From a virus (lineage: Duplodnaviria > Caudoviricetes), in IMG/VR virus record IMGVR_UViG_3300033177_000258: 64,000 nucleotides of DNA; one strand, 5' to 3'. The notes under the pieces are model-generated. The model made no database searches. It worked only from the letters and a program-made list of their open reading frames with translations, and was not told the DNA's origin. Positions 58,858 through 64,000 of the stretch are shown here, piece by piece. The translations under genes were made by a program, and so were the position numbers. How positions within the stretch are numbered: the first letter of the stretch is position 1; every line of letters starts with the position of its first letter.

Positions 58858-59340
58858 ATGGACTTCACCACTTGCACCCTCAATAGCCTCGTGCGCGCCA
58901 TCATCTCCGGCTTGGGTACCGGCCAGGGAGGGCTGGGGCCGGGCACCTCACTCAACACTCAGGTTGTGCCCAGCTACAAGCATGGCGAGAAGCTCAAGAC
59001 CCTCCCGAAAGTAGCCGTAGACCAGGCGACGAACAGCGGCTTCCCAACTGGATTGGGTGAGATTGGCCGGGCTCGCGAAATGGACATTGCGGTCCACATC
59101 TGGGCCAAGAACATGAGCCAGGGACGCGCGCTGGCGGAGAAGGTTTGGGACATTCTTCTGTTTGCGACCAATGGCGGCATCTTCCCAATCTACGACTACG
59201 GCACCAACCCGGCGCCGCAAGTGGCGGCCGGTCAGCAGTTCCTGGACGAGCGCGGCACCATCACCGAACAGGACGAAGAAGACTCCGGGTACGTGCGGCT
59301 CGTCATCATCTGTCCGATTCTCGTGCACAAGGCCATCTGA
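58858..59340 (+). CDS. tail terminator-like protein
   Basis: LPKVAV..MDIAVHIWAKN; position before tail tube. Confidence 0.6.
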   Translation: MDFTTCTLNSLVRAIISGLGTGQGGLGPGTSLNTQVVPSYKHGEKLKTLPKVAVDQATNSGFPTGLGEIGRAREMDIAVHIWAKNMSQGRALAEKVWDILLFATNGGIFPIYDYGTNPAPQVAAGQQFLDERGTITEQDEEDSGYVRLVIICPILVHKAI

Positions 59341-59412
59341 CACGGAATACTTCCAGTGTAAGGTGCGCTGTCCTGCTTAGCTTTTCAGACGACACACAGG
59401 AGGAAACCCTCA

Positions 59413-60498
59413 ATGCCCGACAAGAAAGACTTCCCATTCGGCGAAGGCGCTGACAACAGCGGCGGGCTCGGCGACTTTCCTGCTGCGCCGTCCGGTGGCG
59501 CGTTCGAGGCCAGTGACGCTGGCGGTTTCGAGGCCAAGGACCTGCAGGGTCTGGCTGCCACGATTCCCTACTACAACGTCACTCTGACGCAGTTCTCCGC
59601 TGGTGGTACCAACTACACCTTCGGCGCTGCGCAGAACGTCACCATCCAGACCCGCAGCAACGAGAGCGATGTCCGTGCCCTGGGCACCACGACCATGTGG
59701 CTGTCCTATGACGTGCCCGACGTAAGCTGCACCGTGTCCCAGAACATGGGATACGGCGACCCGTGCCCCGGCCTGCTGGGGCAGGACGACGCCGGCATGG
59801 TGACCACCCAGACCACAATCTCCAACGGCGACCTGCCGTTCTACGCCCTGGACATCACCGTTGGCGCCATGCGCGCCGAGATGCCCCGCATGCGCCTTGA
59901 CCGTGTTACGGTCTCGGCCGCTGTCGGCAACTTCGCGACGCTGGAATGGGGCTTCACCGGCTACAACATCAGACTGTCGAACAACGTGAACTTCACCCAG
60001 ACCGGGTGGGAAAGCCCGGACGTGACGACCCAGGCCGTCTTCGTCAAGCAGGGCAACGTGTTTGCCAACATCGCCGGCGTGCAGCACCGCGTGCAGAACG
60101 CGAGCATCACCGCCACCCTGGCGCGGGACCCGTTGAAGCAGCTCGGCACGCACGAGCCCTTCGCGTCGGTTCCCACCCTGCCGGTTGCAGTCGAAGCCAC
60201 CATCGAGGCCTTCCCCGTTGGGCAGACCTCGGCCCAGGTGATTTCGTACTACACCGCCAATGCCGACCCGGCCATCTACGCCCGCCCGAGTGCGACGGCG
60301 GATGCCACGCTCATCATGTTCACGCCCACCGGCGACGGCGGCTACTTCGGCTCGAACACGGCGCACAACAAGTGCACGTTCACCATCCCGAACGCATCTG
60401 TCCAGGTCATCGGCCTGAGCGGCAGCACGAGCGACTACGGCGCCCTGACGTACTCCCTGCGCGGGTACGACCTGAAGTACACGTCCGAGACCGCGTAG
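59413..60498 (+). CDS. major tail tube-like protein
   Basis: Thr/Gly-rich beta protein; own late motif upstream and hairpin downstream. Confidence 0.65.
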   Translation: MPDKKDFPFGEGADNSGGLGDFPAAPSGGAFEASDAGGFEAKDLQGLAATIPYYNVTLTQFSAGGTNYTFGAAQNVTIQTRSNESDVRALGTTTMWLSYDVPDVSCTVSQNMGYGDPCPGLLGQDDAGMVTTQTTISNGDLPFYALDITVGAMRAEMPRMRLDRVTVSAAVGNFATLEWGFTGYNIRLSNNVNFTQTGWESPDVTTQAVFVKQGNVFANIAGVQHRVQNASITATLARDPLKQLGTHEPFASVPTLPVAVEATIEAFPVGQTSAQVISYYTANADPAIYARPSATADATLIMFTPTGDGGYFGSNTAHNKCTFTIPNASVQVIGLSGSTSDYGALTYSLRGYDLKYTSETA

Positions 60499-60515
60499 AC
60501 GCACCAAGGAAGTGA

Positions 60516-60545
60516 AGAGGGGGCGGGCAGGTGCCCGCCCCCTCT
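60516..60545 (+). terminator. GC-rich hairpin after tail tube gene
   Basis: AGAGGGGGCGGGCA-GG-TGCCCGCCCCCTCT; no U-tract. Confidence 0.55.
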
Positions 60546-60579
60546 GTAGCAAGGTTACCCCAAAGGAAAGGACAAGGCA

Positions 60580-60924
60580 ATGACACCCGATACCAACTCG
60601 GGCGCGCCCCCGGCGCCCGCCCCCGAAGAGCGTCATCCCGACTTTGACCGCTCGTCCCTCAAGCACCAGCTCTCTTTCAGCACGCGTGGCCTCATTCGTC
60701 CGATTCTGTCGGCGTTCGAGGGCCGCGACTGTTCAGACCCGCATGTCTTCGCCATCGCCCGCAAGCAGGTTCTCGACCTGCTGAACGGGATGGACCGCGA
60801 CACCCGGCTGCTCTTGGACAGATACGAAGTGGTAGAGAAGACCGATGTCCAGCAGATTGCCGTCGTGCTCCCCGAATGTGCCCAGGGGCGCGGCATGCTG
60901 GTGTCGGAAGAAAAGCCGCAATAA
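60580..60924 (+). CDS. hypothetical protein
   Basis: AAGGA RBS. Confidence 0.7.
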   Translation: MTPDTNSGAPPAPAPEERHPDFDRSSLKHQLSFSTRGLIRPILSAFEGRDCSDPHVFAIARKQVLDLLNGMDRDTRLLLDRYEVVEKTDVQQIAVVLPECAQGRGMLVSEEKPQ

Positions 60925-60964
60925 CGGCAAGGCAGTCATCCACAAAGGACAGGTGAGACAGACA

Positions 60965-61735
60965 ATGAGCGACGTTATCCCCGCTGGTGGGGACGCCCAG
61001 GCGACCCCTACCGACACCAACATCCCTGAAGAGCAGCTCGACCAGGCCATGGCAATCGTCATGGCGGACGTGGCCGTGGAGCCATCCGAGGACTACCCGG
61101 ACGCCATCAGGACCGAACGCTTCGGCTGGGTGCAGGTCACGGCGCCGACCGTAGGCGCCACCTTTGACTCGCGCCAGTTCTACAGCAAGGCGGTCCAGCA
61201 CCACATCAACTCCGGCGTTGTCTCGCGCGGCGGCATCCTCAAGCGCCTCAACGAGACCGGCGTCTACACGGTCAAGGAGGAGCAAGAGCTCCGCCGCATG
61301 GGCCAGACGATGGAGGGCTACCAGAAGGCTTACGCGGAGACCGAGAAGGTCACCGACGCGGATGCCAAGGCCGCCGCCAAGAAGGAGCTGGAAGACAAGA
61401 TGACCGACCTCCAGGCCAAGATTGACTTCATCAACCAGCCGCTGCAGCAGGAGCTGGAGACCTCCGCCGAGGCCCTCGCGGAATCCGACCGCTGGCTGTT
61501 CGTGGCCACGCGCTGCGTCCGCTACAAGAAGGACGACCTGGAGAAGGGCATCACGGCCGGCATGCCGCTGTGGAGCTCCGTCCAGGCCCTGCGCGATGAA
61601 GTGCAGGACGCCGATGTCAACGAAATCCTGGATGGCTTCAACCGGGTGCGAGCTGGCTACCCTTTGAAGTTCTCCGCGCCCTCGCCCGAGGAGCCGGCAC
61701 AGCCGGCCGACGATGGCGCGACATCTGGCGAGTAG
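60965..61735 (+). CDS. tail assembly chaperone (G-like)
   Basis: ATG 60965; slippery CCCTTTG at 61660. Confidence 0.65.
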   Translation: MSDVIPAGGDAQATPTDTNIPEEQLDQAMAIVMADVAVEPSEDYPDAIRTERFGWVQVTAPTVGATFDSRQFYSKAVQHHINSGVVSRGGILKRLNETGVYTVKEEQELRRMGQTMEGYQKAYAETEKVTDADAKAAAKKELEDKMTDLQAKIDFINQPLQQELETSAEALAESDRWLFVATRCVRYKKDDLEKGITAGMPLWSSVQALRDEVQDADVNEILDGFNRVRAGYPLKFSAPSPEEPAQPADDGATSGE

Positions 61736-62154
61736 CCAAAGAGCTGGGTGTGCCTCCGTTCCCTGGTAAGTCGCAGCAGGAATGGACGGAGGCGCAAGTC
61801 ATGCTCTGTTCACTGACGGCGTTCTACGATGATGTCAATGCCAGCATGGACCGGCCTCCTGACCACATCGTGAACAACGACCATCTGCTGGACGACTGGC
61901 TACAGCGGCGTAAGCGGGAACACGACATAGAGACGGCCAAACGGTTTGCCAAACAGTCCCCTGGGTCCCCACAGGCTCTGGGCGATGTGTCTGAGGGCTC
62001 GTTTACCGCCCGAGATGTTGCCGCCGCCGAGAACCCAATGCACCTCATCCAGAAGGGTGGTACCATCAGTCTGCCCAACCAAAACGTCGTGCCGGTCATG
62101 GTGTTAGAAGAACCGACGTTCGAGGACATGCAGCGCATCCACCCCACTCAGTAA
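61660..62154 (+). CDS. -1 frame extension of tail chaperone (GT-like)
   Basis: -1 frame open from CCC TTT GAA: PFEVLRALAR..WRDIWRVAKELG..RPPDHIVNNDHLLDDWL. Confidence 0.65.
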   Translation, partial: PFEVLRALARGAGTAGRRWRDIWRVAKELGVPPFPGKSQQEWTEAQVMLCSLTAFYDDVNASMDRPPDHIVNNDHLLDDWLQRRKREHDIETAKRFAKQSPGSPQALGDVSEGSFTARDVAAAENPMHLIQKGGTISLPNQNVVPVMVLEEPTFEDMQRIHPTQ

Positions 62155-62173
62155 TGTCACCCTCTCGTGACAG

Positions 62174-62207
62174 CAGAAGCGCCCCCTTTTTGGGGGCGCT
62201 TCTGTTT
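62174..62207 (+). terminator. intrinsic terminator
   Basis: CAGAAGCGCCCCC-TTTTT-GGGGGCGCTTCTG-TTT. Confidence 0.75.
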
Positions 62208-62447
62208 GCCACGGAATACTTCCTATCTGGAAATGGTGTATGGCAAGGCACCCCCTGGTGGGGTAACGGCTATCAAACCCATTTGTTACGCCGCTTCCTT
62301 CGCTGACGGAATCTACCGTCAGGGCTACTCGCGGTCTAGCCATACGTACCGGCGCACAGCCAGGTACGAGCTGGTTCCATACAGCGGGCCGCCTCTGCCT
62401 CTGTGCTTCATTCTCGGAAGGCTTTTCCTTCCAAGAGGTCACGGTTG

Positions 62448-64000
62448 ATGAATCCCCAGGGCCAGGGCCCCTACAATTCCGTAGCGGGCATCAACTTCTC
62501 AGCCCAACAGCACATCACCGACTTCGAGCGCTTGGTCTCCGAGGTGTCGAGCCTCAACCAGAGACTGAACGATACCGGAGTGGGCACCTCTGCTGGCGCC
62601 GGCAAGGCAACCGGCATCAACCTCTCAGCTCTTCGCACCCAAGTCTCCGAAGCTGAAGCCATGCTCGCGCGCATCCACAGCGTGCACGATAGCATCCGCC
62701 GCGAGACTGCCGCTATGCAGCGCAGTCTTGACGAAATGCGCCGTGTCATGAGCACCGCTACCAACCAAGGGGTCGGCACCGCTCGCTCCGGTGGCGGCGC
62801 CGGCACGGTCTATGGCGGCAGCTACGCGCATCCGCTCTACCAGTCCACTCACCCCGACCGGCAGAAGGTCCAGGCTGGCTTCCAGAAAGACCTGGACTCT
62901 CTCAAGACGAACTTCGACCGCATCATCAAGACCACGGTAGACCAGGCCGTAGGTCGAAGCGTCAACGACTGGCTCACGAAGAACCAGGGCAACCTGCGCG
63001 ACTCATCCGGCGCGCTCATCACCACCGACAAGCGCCCCGGCAGTCTCTGGGCCGAAGCCGTCGAGATGGTGCGCCGCGCCGTGGCGCAGCAGTTCGGGGC
63101 CGGCAACTCCCAGGAGTTCGCATCGAAGCTGAACCAGGCCACTCGGGCTCAGGTCGAGGCCGCCGTGACGCGCGCCATCGAAGAGTCGGCGCGCCGCTTC
63201 AGCAACTTGCAGCGCGTTGACGAGCAGCAGGTAGTTGGCAGCGCCCCTCGCTATGTTGAAGCCAGCATGCTGCGAGGCATGTGGGACCAGCAGATTGCGT
63301 CGCGCACCAACCCGCGCCTCAACCTGGACACCAGCAGCAAGGGCGCCGGTTACGCCACAGAGTTCGAGCAGCAGCTTCGCCGCGCCGGAGTGGACCCCCA
63401 GGCTTTCCGCACGTTCATGAGCGCCACAGGCTACTCTGGCGGCGCCGGCCATAAGAACCCGCTCACCGAAGCCCCGGTTCGCCAGGCCATCTTGGACATG
63501 ATTGCGAAGCACTACCGCACGTCCGGGCGCGCCGACTTGGCTGAGCTCCGTAACCTGTTGGCTACGGTGCCGCCCAGCGGTGCCCGCGCCCTGGACGCCA
63601 ACGGCGAGACCATCCCCTACATGCCCATCACCCGCTCAGACTCCGGCTGGACAACCCAGCGGATGATGACCCGGTACGGGCGCGTGTCCACGGGGGGTTC
63701 TGGTTTCGGCTCAACCGCCGAGCCCGACTTCATGGCCCCCGTAGCCATCTTCGGCCGCTCCCCGCAAGACATCCGAGGCTACCTGCAGACGCTTTTGCAG
63801 TGGCAGGGCACCAGCCATGGCATCTCAGCCATGATGAACCTGTACACGGGCAACCTCGGCTCCCGGCCAGGCCAGCCCATCAGCATGGGTGGCCAGTCCT
63901 ACGCCGCTTCGTCGTTCACGCCCCAGGGGCTCAATAACCAGCTTCGCCTGACCGCCACCGAACGCGAGCAGGTCGGGCGCGTTTTGGCCGACCTCATCCG
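62448..64000 (+). CDS. N-terminal part of a probable tape measure protein (runs off the window)
   Basis: AAGAGGT RBS, ATG 62448; frame appears open to the window end; follows chaperone pair. Confidence 0.65.
   Translation, partial: MNPQGQGPYNSVAGINFSAQQHITDFERLVSEVSSLNQRLNDTGVGTSAGAGKATGINLSALRTQVSEAEAMLARIHSVHDSIRRETAAMQRSLDEMRRVMSTATNQGVGTARSGGGAGTVYGGSYAHPLYQSTHPDRQKVQAGFQKDLDSLKTNFDRIIKTTVDQAVGRSVNDWLTKNQGNLRDSSGALITTDKRPGSLWAEAVEMVRRAVAQQFGAGNSQEFASKLNQATRAQVEAAVTRAIEESARRFSNLQRVDEQQVVGSAPRYVEASMLRGMWDQQIASRTNPRLNLDTSSKGAGYATEFEQQLRRAGVDPQAFRTFMSATGYSGGAGHKNPLTEAPVRQAILDMIAKHYRTSGRADLAELRNLLATVPPSGARALDANGETIPYMPITRSDSGWTTQRMMTRYGRVSTGGSGFGSTAEPDFMAPVAIFGRSPQDIRGYLQTLLQWQGTSHGISAMMNLYTGNLGSRPGQPISMGGQSYAASSFTPQGLNNQLRLTATEREQVGRVLADLI

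Larger units (their letters stand above)
46301..62222 (+). promoter_or_regulatory. seven exact copies of CGGAATACTTC, probable late promoter element
   Basis: At 46301, 50645, 52546, 55253, 56528, 59343, 62212; each upstream of a late gene start; none noticed in the first 46 kb. Confidence 0.85.

Overview
High-GC (about 65%) segment of a large tailed phage or prophage genome with three zones. (1) 1-18.5 kb: a dense + strand array of about 35 short hypothetical ORFs, micro-peptide ORFs and apparently non-coding hairpin units. Almost every unit is preceded by the motif CGCAATCGTGCGCAGAGTAGTGTA (about 50 copies counted by eye; quasi-palindrome CGCA-N4-TGCG followed by a TAnnnT box). The array is subdivided by 10 copies of a rigidly spaced ~85-bp module (GGCTCC..GCCGTTCA..CGCAATC..TCTAACGCCA). 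At the left edge the motif is inverted in a 41-bp tandem repeat. (2) 18.5-46.3 kb: DNA/nucleotide metabolism and accessory genes under sigma70-type promoters: HNH, NADAR-MazG-like fusion, NAD-dependent ligase, intein-containing thymidylate synthase-like protein, triple GT2 glycosyltransferase with radical SAM and acetyltransferase, nitrilase, deaminase-like protein, intein-containing CcrM-like methyltransferase, HTH-NDT regulator. (3) 46.3-64 kb: virion morphogenesis module (terminase, portal, protease/scaffold, capsid, neck, tail tube, chaperones with a -1 frameshift, start of a probable tape measure) punctuated by 7 copies of CGGAATACTTC. It contains a TnpB gene plus a second, orphan copy of its omegaRNA-like 3' end with a different putative guide. 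All calls come from reading the sequence by eye; no database searches or folding programs were run.
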